64,000 nt of DNA from the human T2T-CHM13v2.0 reference genome, Homo sapiens: NCBI RefSeq assembly GCF_009914755.1, contig NC_060927.1. The stretch is one strand, 5' to 3'. The position numbers and the translations under genes are program-made. The number at the start of each line of letters is the position of its first letter. The stretch's first letter is position 1. Shown here one piece after another: positions 13,701-28,431 of this stretch. The notes beneath the pieces were generated by a model. It made no database searches. It saw only the letters and a list, made by a program, of their open reading frames with translations, and had not been told where the DNA came from.

Positions 13701-14421
13701 GAAGTTTTACTTCTACTAGACTGTCTAGAATTATAAGTGACAGACAACAGAGTCCTTGCTTTTTCGGACCCTAATGCTAAAAGACTGAATAAATGTAATA
13801 GTAAAAAAGTGATTAGTAGGACAATTAAGTTTTAAGTTCACATTAAACTTTAAAAAACACTTAAAAACTTAAAAAACATTAAAATTAAAATGGAATTCCT
13901 AGTTCGTTGATATCTCATCACATTACAAAATTCTGTTTTTAATAACATCAGAACATAAACATAACTTCAAAACATTTACCGGAAATAATAGCTTTAGTTT
14001 TAAAATGCTTCCTCCAAAAGCATGTTCCAATTCAAGGCAAGGCTCATAAACTAAATGAATTTTAAAATTTATATTTTAGAATTATAATTACATACTTGAT
14101 TACATATTTAGTATGAGTTTATAAAAAAAGAAAGCAAAAGGATCACTGTGACAACAGGTGACATCAAGAACCACTTGGAACAATAAAAGGGAAAGAAATT
14201 AATCTTTAACATAAGTGGAGTAAATATAAATGGGCCAAACATTATACTGAATTTAGTGGTGCTGCCCATGGAATTCTGGAAGTCTTAAGATGTTGTAGAT
14301 AGATATACACTTTCCTTGACTCAAGATAGCATAAGTACTTATTTTTTCAGATAGTATGCAGGCTTTTCCAGGTAGGACCTGGTTCTAATTGACATAAATA
14401 TAAAAGTGATAAGAAAGCCTA

Positions 14422-15040
<619 letters not shown>

Positions 15041-16443
15041 CTAAGACTTGCTGATGGGAAACATTTGTGTAGCACAAACCCAAATCTGTAGGCATGCTTG
15101 CAGCCTAATCCCAAATAGTCAACAAGCAGATGCACTCATCTGCCATCCCCAGAGACTTCAGCACTGAAGAGTTGTTTCGTCACTGTAGAGTATCAAATTG
15201 GTGAGTAATTTTGCCCTTCTACCTGGCTAAAAAAACATTCATTCAGTTTCTACTAGCTTAAAGGTCACTGTATTTTGCAGTCACCCATGCATGCAATCAG
15301 ATATGGCTCAATGGACTCTGCTCACCTCACAATCATGAATACAATATGATTTAAAGGTCAGCCAACTTGCATTCTGTCAAAAGAGCATAAGGAGAGAATT
15401 TCAGCTATGTGGGTCTATATGATGGCACATATTTTGCTGACAGTTTTCTGAATCCACACCTAGCGATCACTGGCAGGAGATGACAGTTCAAGGTCAATAA
15501 TTTAATAAATCATTTCATTATATAGTTATTGATTCTACCACTTTTAATAAGGAATGTATGCAAAATTGAAGACGTTAAGTCTGGGAAAGATTTATAGAAA
15601 AAACAGTCAACAGCTTCTGTGTGGCTTCCAGGAGAGATGAAGGCCAAAAGAGTGAGGTAGAATTTTGCTCTAAATAAGACTTTACCAATAATAAGGGATA
15701 TTGAAAATGAAAAGTATTTAGCTTCTGAAAGTAGTGTTCCTGACATATGGTTAAGCCAGATGGTGGATTAACACATATTGTAATGTCTAAAAAATTAGGA
15801 CTTTTTAAATTGGGGCCCACATACTGCTTAAGAAATTGAGCTATCTGACCCTTCAAGACTTTCTTATTTTATTCTCTATGATCAGCCATGAGAGTTCTAA
15901 AGGGGGAATAAATGGTTCAGCAAATTTTATCTTGTTCCAATATACTATCTAGAATCAACGGAACCAAACTATGAACATCTACTTCCTCTAGGACAAATTT
16001 CATCAAACCATTAGTTATAATACACATGTTCAAAGGAGCTGAGATAAAAATTACAAATGGCAAATTAATAAAACAGCCATTAAGGAACTTGGACATAGTT
16101 AAAGTGTACATTGAACTGAAACATGACCATGGAGAACAACCTTGACAATATGTTATTTGAAGCTATTTTCAGATGTATAGATGTGGCCCAATATGGCACT
16201 TTTCATATTCTCCATGCAGCTGCTTTCACCTATCCTGACATCTTCAAGTTATCTGAATTTAAGAAGTATCACTATTCATGTTGCACAATTACTAACACTG
16301 AATATACTTATCACATTCTCTGGCATGTGGCTTTAAGCTATCCTGGGTATTCAGACAGTTAAGATTCTTGGATGATCCCAAAGTTTCCCTTTAATTATTT
16401 GTAGCAGTCTTCTGGACTAATAATACTTATAAAACCTTGGGAA

Positions 16444-16657
16444 TAGCCTATGCAACATAGTGAGACCCCGTCTCTACAAAAAATAAAAACAAAAAATTAG
16501 CCAGGTGTGATGGTACACGCCTGTGGTCCCAGCTACTCATGAGACTGAGGCGGGAGGATGACTTCTGCCCCGGGGGGATCCAGGCAGCAGTGAGCGGTGA
16601 TTACACTACTGCATTCCAGCCTGGGCAACAGAGAGAGACCCTGTCTCAAAATAAATA
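16444..16657 (+). mobile_element. 5'-truncated AluJ-like element
   Basis: Contains the end of the left arm (caacatagtgagaccccgtctctac), the A-rich linker and the full right arm. Confidence 0.88.
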
Positions 16658-19284
16658 CACAAATATATAAAATCCTAAGAGTTAATTCTTTAGAAAGCAT
16701 TTTATTTTAGCTTAACACAATTAATTTGATCTATCAGAAAACCCTACCTGCTTGATGAGCCATATTTACTATCATCACTCTCTGTCTACCATTACAATCA
16801 GTGATTATTGATTGGGTTTGTGAAGAGTTTTGAATAGTTTTAACAACTGTTTTGGCGCTCAAATTGAGACTTGATTAACAAATGCAAAACTAGTCAACCA
16901 TGACTAAAATGAAACTGCTTCAATAATTACATAATGAAGATGGTAGCGAGTTTTTATTATAAGGGCTATGTAAATGCAGCCCACTGTACTATTATAATAT
17001 TAATCACAAGTTTTTTGAGGAAAGGTATGTGATATAACTCCCATCCAAGGTCCCTAGCAGAATGTCTTTCACAAAGCAGATGTTCATTAAATGACAGCTG
17101 AATAATAAAACACTATTATAGAGAACTCAAGTATGAATCTAGTATTTCATTTTAAAAACTTGTCTGATTATACTTACATATACAATACTGCATGCAGCAG
17201 CTACTCGATAAACGTGTGTAAAAGATTAAGTTTGGTCAAACAATTGCTCTGAATCAAATTTGTGATATAATTCCTGACTCAGCCCCCACAGAATATTTAA
17301 AATATAGTAATACAGTAAAATAATTTTTCCACCACTTCATGAACAGTCAGTAGGGTCTTGAATGCTACCTTTCAATATGCAATATGGTGGCCTTAGGAAG
17401 AGAGGAGTTTTTTTTTTCTCAACACGTAGAATCAGGGTCTTAAGAATGACTTTGTGAAAACTCCAGCTTTCGTTGCTAGGGAACATTGATTGTTTTCCAT
17501 GGTGCTTGTAAAGGCATTATTTGCCCTGATTCTTTTGATGAGTTGAGACTGTTCACATAGTAACTTCAGAATGGAAAGAACAAACCCCTCTCTTCCTCTG
17601 GTGGCACTTTGCCTACTGTCAGACTACAAAAGGGAGAGGCATGTGAGGTGACCCTCTCAATGTTGTCTGAACAATGAGGCAATCATTACAACTCACATTC
17701 TATCAGTTTTTATGTGACACTGACCAAAGGCAATTTGGGGCTCCTTTCAAGCAGTTTGCATCAAAAAAACGTTGAATGGCATTGTCACCAGGACTACACT
17801 ACAACAAAAAGCAACGATTGAGAAAGGCTGGTGTCTAACTAGAAGACAAGAGTGCTTTAGATATGGAAGCCATTGCTCTGATATTTTAAAATACATTTTT
17901 AAAACAACCTTATTATCGATTCATTTATACAGTCAACTCCATTCTGCTTAGTACTCGAAGTGTGCACTCATGTGGATAATCTAAAACATTGAGAATTCAA
18001 ATAACATTTATATTAAATCTGACATAATAACCTAACGTTTTAGGGTATGCCTAAATTTGCCTTTCTATTTCTGTTTATTCTGGTAACTTTTGAATTTGGT
18101 TCTCTGGCCCTGGAAATGCCACATTTAGCCAAAGAAAAACAGTTTTGATTAGGGGATAGCATTAATCATTAGCTAGTTAAGTGTACACTAAGGAAAAATT
18201 AGAGTCATTATTTTGATGAGTTGTGCATAAGTTATGGTCAGCACAAGAAAACAGGGCACCTGTTCATATTTGGTCACCAAAGAATGTTCTACATTTAATT
18301 AACCACTTAATATTTACACCTTGAGAAAAAATTATGCCACAATACAAGCATAAGTGTTTTTGATAAATATTCAAATATTAGAAAAATATATTAAGATTTA
18401 AATATTTCAAGTTTGTTTCAGCCATAAAATTCTGATCATACTCTCCCTATCTACCTAATTGCTGCTAACAATAATTCAAATGCCAATAATGATATATTTA
18501 GATAATTGATTTTAAAGAATTTATCAAACAAAAAATAGAGGATACCTATAGGTATCTTCTTTTTCTGGAGAATCAAAACATAGTATAAAATGGAAGCTTT
18601 CTTTGTGCTGTAAAGAATTCAATACATTATGGGGCAAATAAATCTATTTTGAAGGTTTTTTTTTAATTTCTGGTAGACTAGAAAGGAAGGATCCAACTCG
18701 GATGTTCATTTATTTAAAATCAAACATAGAAGATTAAATTCATACAAGCCAAAGAACATCTGGCCCTTCCAGAAAGAGAATAGAGTTCTAAATGCTGAAA
18801 TCAGGTGAAGCATACTTAATTACTGGTATCCAGAAAGAGCAAAAGTGAGACATCCTATTATATTTATTCTAGGACAAAATATACCATTGCCTATGATTGT
18901 GGGTTTTGGATAAGAAAAACTTACAGTCTTAAGCTGATCGTGAGTCAATAATGGAGCTACTGGGACACAAATCTGTACCCTTTGTCACTCTATGGAAACT
19001 CTTCTGTCTCACCACAACTCACTTTTGTCTGTTGATCAAATATTTCAGGGCCTTCAAACTCATATAACATGTTTCTCCTAGAAAGAGCTGCTTATCTTTT
19101 CCTAACTAAGAGCAGGGAGTGCGCCATGAAAATGTTGTCATTGATGAGAACCCACTTTGATTCTGATAGAGAGTAAGTTGTGCTCTTTTGCTTTAGTCAT
19201 GCTGTGTATTGTCTATAACTCTATTGTACTATTACATTCCTAAATTTGGCTATAACAGGTGTATCAGTTGATTCACCAACTTTC

Positions 19285-19835
19285 AAGAAATGTTTGACAC
19301 TATCTACTAAAGCTAAACATAGGTAGCCTATGACTGTGCAATTCTATTCTTATACAAAGTCCCAAGACAAATGACTGTACATGTCCACCAAAAGAAAATG
19401 ACTAGAATATGTTTAGAAACTTTATTCATAATAGCTCCAAACTGAAAATAACCCAAATGTCTATCATCAGGAGAATGGGTAAAGAAATTGTATTATATAC
19501 AATACAAAGGAATACTACATTGCAATAATAATGAATGAACGAAGATGTACAAAACAGCATGAAAAAGATTAGATATTTTTAGTTGCATGAGAAAAAAAAG
19601 CCAGATACAAATGGCCCATATAGTATGATCCTATTTATATAAAGTTCAAAAACAGAAAAAAAAATAGGTGTAGAAAACAAAATGGTAGTTAATTCTTGAT
19701 GGAGAGCTTTGTCTGTGAAGGGGCATTAGGAATACTTCGGGGAGTGGTAGAAGGGTTCCAAATATCTGGATAGTGGTTACACAGGAGCTTTACACATTAG
19801 ATTTGAGCACTTTGTCCATAAATCATTCCTCACAA
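19285..19835 (+). mobile_element. Ancient L1 (L1ME-like) ORF2 end / 3'UTR fragment
   Basis: ctttattcataatagctccaaactgaaaataacccaaatgtctatcatcaggagaatgg...gccagataca...atgatcctatttatataaagttcaaaaacag. Confidence 0.75.
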
Positions 19836-20046
19836 GAAACACGTATCGTTATTTAGGATTTAGTCTATGCTAGGTATTTATATAAGAACACCAACAAACA
19901 AGATGACAGGTAATTGCATGCTTAATTTTTTTTTGTGTGTAAGTCTTTTTAATATAGATTGAGAGTAACGTGAAGTCAGAGACCTGTCTGACTAAATTTT
20001 GTATTCTCTAGGATGCGAAATATTCAGGCTCTTAAGAAAGAATATA

Positions 20047-20329
20047 AGCCGGGCATGGTGGCTCACGCCTGTAATCACAGCACTTTGGGAGGCCAAGATG
20101 GGCAGATCACTTGAGCTCAGGAGTTCCAGACCAGTTTGGCCAACTTGGCAAAACCCTGTCTCTACTAAAAAATACAAAAATTAGCCAGGAGTGGTGGTAG
20201 CGTGCCTGGAATCCCAGCTACTGGGGAGGTTGAGGCTGGAGGATCCCTTGAACCCAGGAAGTGGAGGTTGCAGTGAGCCCAGATCATGCCCCTGCACTCC
20301 AGCCTGGGTAATGGAGTGAGAATCTGTCT

Positions 20330-20363
<34 letters not shown>

Positions 20364-20411
20364 AAAGAGAAGAGAAGACAAGAGAAGACAAGAAAAGACA
20401 AGAAAAGAAAA
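20047..20411 (+). mobile_element. Alu (Jb/Sx-like) with a long poly(A) and GAAAA/GAAGA-type tail
   Basis: Full Alu dimer, a run of ~31 A, then a purine-rich extension. Confidence 0.92.
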
Positions 20412-21754
20412 GTCTTCTCCAACTCTACAGTGACCGAGGAAATAAAAATGTATGTACCTATGTTGGTTGCTTCTAACTAGAATCAATGTCTCTGTCAAAG
20501 TACTTTCTGCCGCCAACTCTTTGACAAATAATCACTTGTCTTCAAGTAACACAAGGATCACCTTAATTTTGATTAATGTCAGCTATGGTAGAAAAGAAAA
20601 AAACTTACTGGATAGTCAGGAAAAATACTCTGAAAAATAGTACTTAATTCACATAAGATATATATCTCAGTAAAATTAAAATAAAGAGCCCCTAAAAAGA
20701 TTAATTATAATAAAAAGCATTATATCAAGTGTGCTTTTCACATTATTGCCTTTTGAAACATTGCTCTCATTATACCCTGGGGGAACTGATTTGGTCTTAA
20801 TGCCAAGGAAAGAAACAATAAGAAACTAAATCACATCAGTTGTTGAATAAAACTGTTGAAATGCATATCCTTGAAAATGGATTTATGAATTGATCAATGG
20901 ATCCAGAGGTTATTTCTGACCAATGGCATATAAAATGTATCAAAAATCGTTGGATCTCTCTACTTTTCACTGAAGGAAAAATATGTTCTGACTCTGGATG
21001 AGGAGATATGGTTTGATTTTGCAGGCTCCTAGGATCTGAACTCACCCTCTCAATTGCATACTTTACAAAAGTGCTCAGTCACCTCCTTTCAATCTCCAGA
21101 AGATAATATTTCTTAGAGCAGAGAGACCATTTTATTGATGTTGGATTTTTGCTCCTAGACATGGAACTAATCCTATTAAAGAAAAGGGAAAGGGAAGGAG
21201 GAAATAAGATGACATTGAGAAATCATGACTCCTGGCAAGAGTAACGCATATTACATAAGTACTTAATAAAAAATATGGCAACAAGGAGAGAGGGAGGAAG
21301 GGAAAAGGGAAGAACAAAAGTAAGAAAGAATGAAAAAAATGGAAAGAGAAAAGAAATTAATTTAGCTTTAGTTAACAGTAAGAAATGAAGATTGAATAAA
21401 AATTAGGATGTTCTCTTGCTTTTCTGTTAAATGTGTCCAGAATTACAGAATTATTTTAAAAAATTGAAAAAAGAAAAGGCTGGATGTGGCTAAAGTTTGT
21501 GGTTTGGAAGGGGAAATGGTGTTATTCAAATTATGTTTGGAGTCTTGCCCTCTCATATCAATCCAGAGAAAGTCGGATGTTTTCCTGAGACTCTCGGCAT
21601 AAAAAGATGCAGGAAATTTTCCCCACAGAATGATTTAGGCTATGAAAATTATTCACTTTAGAAAAGAAATGAATCATGTATTATTGTTAACATAAGATTT
21701 GTCATTCATTTATAACTGGTTTAAAACAGCTATTTGTAAAACCACCACAGTATT

Positions 21755-22295
21755 TTAAAAATTAATTAACTTTAACTTGACGAATAAAAAATGTATATAT
21801 TTATCATGTACAAGATGATGTTTTGAAATATATATACATTGTTGAATGGCTAAATGGAGCTAATTAACATATGTATCTCACATACTTATTTTTTTGAGAT
21901 GAGAACACTTAAATCCACTCTCTCAGTGATTTTCAAGAATACATTGTTATTAGCTATAGTCACCACCTTGTACCATAGTTCTCTTGAACTTATTCCTCCT
22001 ATCAAACTGAAATTTTGTATCCTTTGACCAATATCTCCCCAACCCCTCCTCTCCCCAAGACCCAGGTAACTACCATTCTACTCTCTGCGTCTATGAATTC
22101 AAATATTTAGACTCCGCATATAGATGAGATCATGTGGTATTTGTCTTTCTGTGCCTGGCTTATTTCATTTAACATAATGTCCTCTAGGTTCATTTATGGT
22201 GTCAAAAATGACAGGATTTCCCACTTTATTAAGGCTGAAGTGTATTTCATTGTGCATATATACTACATTTTCTGTTTCTATTCATGTTGATAGCC
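21755..22295 (-). mobile_element. L1MA-type 3'-end fragment
   Basis: Antisense L1MA 3'UTR: tatttatcatgtacaag...gagaacacttaaatc...ctatagtcaccacc...gagatcatgtggtatttgtctttctgtgcctggcttatttca. Confidence 0.85.
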
Positions 22296-22869
22296 ATCTT
22301 AATATTGTGATGCATTATAAATAAAATATGTATTCAATTTCCTATTATGTTACAGCCATTCTCTGCAATATTGACACACAACATAGGATATTTGATAAAT
22401 TTATCATTGAAGATAAATTCAGAGGCTATGTAGGAAAATGTACAAAGGATAACTGCATTGAATGTGATACTGGACTACTAATAATCTGTAATTTACCTTT
22501 AAACTAAAAATATTTGATTCTACAACTAGGCAAAAGCCAAGATTCTCAGGCTAATGTATAAACATTAAAAGATCCAATGGGAAGACATTAAGTGCTTACA
22601 TAACAATGATGAGTTAAAATTCTCTGTCACTTTGCACTATAAAAAGTTTAACAATTCAATCAAAAGAAGTTATAACAAGTTAAAAGTGTGTTTATATAAC
22701 AAATAGATCCTTCCTTAATATTTATTTTATAATGAACACATATAAAACTCCTTCAAATTATTTGGAACATTAGGTAACATTATATAATTTTTGCTAAGTT
22801 TCAAAATGTTCACTCTGCAAATGCATATCATGCCATAGGTCTAGAGAGATGAGAGGTATGGATGTGAAC

Positions 22870-23120
22870 TAGTAGGAAGAGTATTAACTTAGGAGGCACA
22901 CTGATCAGGGTATGAATTGTGATTCCCCTGTTTACCAGCTGTGAGATCTTGAGAAAAATACTTTAATTGCTGATGCCTCAGTTTCCTTATCTGTAAAATG
23001 TGAATTAACAGCACAGCTCTCTCATAAAAGGCTACAGGAAGGATTAATAGAAATACTGCTCACAGCATTGTATCAAATAGCTGAGCACATTATAAAACCT
23101 CAATAAAAGGTAATTTATTA
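22870..23120 (+). mobile_element. MIR
   Basis: MIR core gctgtgagatcttgag...gcctcagtttccttatctgtaaaatg. Confidence 0.8.
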
Positions 23121-24241
23121 TTAATGTTAGAGAAAAGTTTAAATTATTAATATTATAAACATTGTCAACTTTTCCCATTACAATCGTTCTAACAAAAGCC
23201 AATGAATAGGGCTGGGGGAGAGGTATACTAATTAAAATTACAATCTAACTGGGGAGAGAAAACATTTCAGAGTTTTACTTATTAAGTGCATCCTGAGTAA
23301 GCTGAGTTGGGGAAGAAAGTGTTATGGTACCTAGAAAGTTTAAATTATCAATGCACAGTAGGGATCATGTTAAAATGCATATCATAGCATAAAGTTTTCC
23401 AATCTATTCCAATTCACGTTTGGTATAATAAAATAATTAGATATCTGTTTTACATATCACATGTAAGCACAACCTAATCCTCTACTATTATTTCTTTATT
23501 ATTTGCAATCTCTGATTAGTCATCAATGTAAACCTAACTTTATTAAAACAATATTTAAAATGGTATTTGCCAAAGCTTAAACATAGTTTCTCATGTCGGA
23601 CCCCCAAGCAGTTTTTAACATGAAAGAAATATGTTACATTTACTAAACGTAGCCATGCACATACATTTTCCTAGAGATGTGCCTATTATTAAGTCTATGG
23701 AACATCTCCAGTAGCCATTAATGTCTTTCCCGAAGTTATATGGCATTTCATGAATGTACCCACCTGGCAGGCCTCTGGTTGGCATTCCACAACAAAGAGT
23801 TAAAACATCCCATTAATGAAATTTATAGTGCTTTTTGACATCATTTCTGGTGGGGAGGGAAACTGCAAGTCACTTCTGTTATGGTTTAACTTGTTATGCT
23901 ATTCCAGAAGATGAATTCATTGTCATAAATATTCAGCTTCACGCCAAAGAAGAGTGAACCCAGCTGGTTGGTCCTTGTCCTGTCCTCATCTTCTGTCATA
24001 ATTCTTACAACTAGCTACAATGAGGCAGAGTCTTACTTCCCATGCAAATTAGTCATTTACTTTGATTTCCAGCTTCTGACTTATAAATATGCATAATTTT
24101 ATAATTGTTAAATAATAGAAACTTTCAATAATCTGACCAAGTATACATTGTTCCTTTTAATCTTTTGATACTTTTGCAATAATTCATTGTCTTATTGATT
24201 TGTACCCTCTATGCAAATCTACTTCCCCATTACTCATACCG

Positions 24242-24258
24242 CACACACACACACACAC
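24242..24258. repeat. (CA)8 microsatellite
   Basis: Read directly from the sequence. Confidence 0.85.
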
Positions 24259-25740
24259 GTAAACCTATAAGCAACATACTTGTTACTGTATAGATATTTA
24301 CATATTTTATGTTTACTTATAAATATAAATTGTACATATTTTATATATTTATATATTTTAAGTAAAATATGCGGGTTTACTTTCTTTAGAAATGATGTGC
24401 TCTATACTAATTTGCATGTTATTTGGTATGGCATATGCCATATATTTAAAGCATTTAATGGCAAAAAAACTTTTTAACATCAAGTTTCTCTTGCTCCCTT
24501 AAAAATGCTCTTTGAGCCATTTTAATTAGACTGAAATGAAATAGATTCCTTAGGCAACAGCATAAAAATAGTAAAGTAGGTTTTAAAAGTCTTATTGGAG
24601 AATAATTTCAAGTATGGTTTTATTTGATGTAATTATTTATGGATTAAACACACAGATAGCAGAATAGATGAATAATGAGCATTCCCTCAACTCAGGCAAT
24701 TTAAACTGAATTTTCTTGAGCTTTTGGACTTTCCTTTAATTAGCTTGGATCTGGTTAGTGACTATATGGAAATTAATATTTGTTTTCACCATCGCTAGTT
24801 TCCAAGTCTGGATTTCAAGAATTGTGCTCCTCAGAAAACCTCACCCTTCAGTAACTTTTTCCCATAAGCTCATAAATTGTAATTATGCTCTCACAGACTA
24901 AATGTAAGATCCTACTAGTGTTTGGTTTTTGTAAAACTGTAAGAGCAATCTGTGCAAATAATATAACGTGACTTGGTTATTCTTCAAAATATTAAACCAG
25001 TACCATTATTGCTACATGCCTTTTCTAATTTTCCCACATTTTATCAGATTAAATAAGTACCTTCCCATATCTTTTGGGGGTAATTTTATCAGTATCAAAA
25101 GCCCTGTCAGAGTCTCAGCATTAGCATTTAGCTATAGAACCAGAATTTTGAATTTATGTCCTAGTTTTGCCACCGTGTTATTTAGACCCAATTTCCTATT
25201 CAATAACAATCAAAATATAGCCTGTCCATCACCCAGATGATCTCTATATCAACATCAGAGAGTGGCAGATGAAGCTCTAATCCCTATATCAGTTGCACAC
25301 ATATTGCTTGTAATCGTGCACATCCCTGACTTTTGAGTAATTTCTCGGAAACCCTTACCCATCATTATCTTGGGATTTTGACTTCTTAAAGAATAGATTT
25401 CTCCATATCTTCTCTTCAGAGCCATTTTAACTTCCACTTATGGTGCAGTGGTGGCTAAGTGTAGTTCATCTATTTCATGAAAAATATTTTGGTGCTGATT
25501 TTGCTGATTGGTTGAGTTAACCAAATGTTCTAGTTATTTGACTAGGGAGGGTTTTTTGTTTGTGTTTTTACTCTTAAGCATAAACATACTACTTTGCCAG
25601 AAGTCTCCCTTTGAAGAGTCTTTCCATGGTCACAGGAAAATTGGCTTTCTCCTGATTTCATAACAAGGAATACAAATTTACACTTTATACAAGATTAGGG
25701 TGAGCAAATTCTAAACGATATTATTCTATTTTTGAACTTC

Positions 25741-25782
25741 GGCTTGACTTCTGAGAGGGCTTGACTTCTGAGAGGGCTTGAC
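25741..25782. repeat. Perfect 17-bp tandem repeat x2.5 (ggcttgacttctgagag)
   Basis: Identical units at 25741 and 25758, with a partial unit at 25775. Confidence 0.95.
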
Positions 25783-26043
25783 ATGCAGCAAATGTTTGAG
25801 AATCAAACTCTTAAATTCCAATCCTTACGGTACCCTGTGTGATTCAGAACCAGTGAAGCTTGCATATTGGTAAGGTAGTGGTAAAATTTAAAAAAAAAAA
25901 AAAAAGCAAAACGAACAGAAATGTTACAAAGTAAAGGTTGTTTTTGTTTGTTTGTTTGTTTGTTTGCAGGGGAGAGAGGAACCAGGAAAATTTTGCATGA
26001 GGAAAAATATAAGACACGACAATAAATATAATTTAAAAGATAG

Positions 26044-26384
<341 letters not shown>

Positions 26385-28129
26385 TTATAATAAAAACGTA
26401 TTTAAAGCATAAGCAGTATGTAGTTGATTCATTTTCTTTAAAATTGGAGAAGGTTAATATTGGATACCTTAATCTTTTGCTCTGTTGTAATCCATATGAA
26501 GATTTAAAGGTTTTTGAAGCATTTTATTTTTATACTATTAAAGAAAGTATAAAAACTTTTGGGTGACTCAAAAGCAGATTAACACAAATGGGCAGATTGA
26601 TGACTAGAAGTTCCTCAAGTAATGATATATGAAAGAAATTCATGTTCCACATAAAGAGAAAGAAAGCAGTGAACGACTTGTGAAAATCGTGTTTCTATAA
26701 ATCTTTGAATATGATATGCTGTCATCAATGCTTAGCAACTGCAGAAATATGCGTCACTAACGAATCAGATTTTATTAAATGTATGTGTGATGTGTGTGTT
26801 TGCATTTGCACGTATATTTATCCCCCTTATCTGCACAGCATCACTATTACTTACGTAACTGCAGTTACTCAGTTAAACACATCCTAATAGAGAATATAAA
26901 ATCATTCTCTTGAGAATCTAAGCAAATTGCTTGGTTGCATTTAAGATCCATCATGAGTAGCTTTTCCTGTGTCAATTCATTATACCCAAGGGCAATTCCT
27001 CTATTTCATCCTTTTTCAAGGTCATGGGTTGAGCTTGATTAATATGACTGGAAAACAGAATCATAAGTGGAAAATATCGGTCTGGTATCAGAAAAGGTTT
27101 TGCTAAGAAACTGAATAAGGGAAAGCTTCATAATGAAAATACTGCATCATAAGATAAGAGTTGTATTGGAATTTTAAAAATTATTTTGGGGGTGATGAAT
27201 AAGAACCATAACAATAGATGTTAAGGCTATGGTTCAATGGCTGTAAAACAACTTTCTATACGTAAAAATGTAGCTGACAATATATCCATAAAATAGAACA
27301 AAAAATGAATTGAGCTGAGCACAATTATGTTATTTAAAAACTCCAGAAGCATTAGATTGGAACAAGGAAAGTCTAAGTGTATGGGCAAAACGCACTAAGT
27401 CTCTGACATGCCATGTATAAATATTCATGGCAATAATTTTCCCATGAGAGGAAAAAAATGTTTTAGGAAATGTTTGTAAGTAGAAATAGGGTGGTTTTAT
27501 ACTTTCTTCACTAAAGAAATCTGTAGATTGAGGGGAGTTTAAAAATATTTCCTCAAAGAAGAAACAATCAGAAATTCCCTCTTTTTTTATAAGATACAAA
27601 AAGACAATAAATATGTTCTTACCACAAAATAGTGGAAATAGTTTAACTTTAGGTAATGGTTGAAGGAAAAGTTTGCTGAAGCATAGGATGTAGCAATGAA
27701 AATAAACGAGGTGTGAGGTTTCACGACCAATGATTCACACCTAGGATTAATGCCAGAATTCTTAATAGCTGATCTCGTAGGTGGGATTATATGTGGCATT
27801 CTCATATATGTCTCTAATGGTTGAATGTCTTCACTGTGGATGCTTTTGCTGACAGAAATTACTCAGTAAAATCTGTGGGCTTAGCCTAAGTTTATAATTT
27901 GCTGTTACATATTTTTTCTTCCCCAACCGGATCTTCTGTCACTTGAAGCATCTCTACGATAATATCAATAACCTCACCAATCTCCAAACCAAAATCATCA
28001 TGCCAAAATGTTCCTATGCCTAGCAAACTAGTTTTCCCTTTGCCAAGTACAAAACCTTCTGACTTGACAAACTACAAGATACCATACCAGGGTAGTTTAG
28101 GCAAGTGTATATCACAGCCGTATTCATCT

Positions 28130-28265
28130 ATATTTAGCTATTTACAGTGTATCTGGCTTTCCCAATTAGGTTGTTTGCCAATGAAGACAAATGTTATATT
28201 TTATACATCTTTGATCTCCCACCAAATTTTTACTGTGCCAACTAATAGTGTTTATTCAGTGGCTA
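28130..28265 (+). mobile_element. L2 3'-end fragment
   Basis: Diverged L2 tail pattern. Confidence 0.45.
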
Positions 28266-28431
28266 AGAAATCACACTAAATTGGATTCTGTTCATCCCCA
28301 ACTTGTTAAAATATGTAACAAATCCTTGGACTGGGATTCTTCCTGCCTCAGATTTCACTGTAGAATCAACCCAGCGGATACCATAATACAACCCGCGTAT
28401 TACACAAATCTCCATATGCAGAATTTACACA

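Noticed and set aside
20165-20516. ORFs across the Alu and its poly(A) tail
   Set aside because: Typical Alu-frame peptides with no coding evidence. The same applies to 36802-37223, 45457-45868, 59368-59607 and 60627-60863.
23885-23999. Short minus-strand ATG ORF (MTEDEDRTRTNQLGSLFFGVKLNIYDNEFIFWNSITS*)
   Set aside because: It is short, has no recognisable homology and has no convincing splice context.
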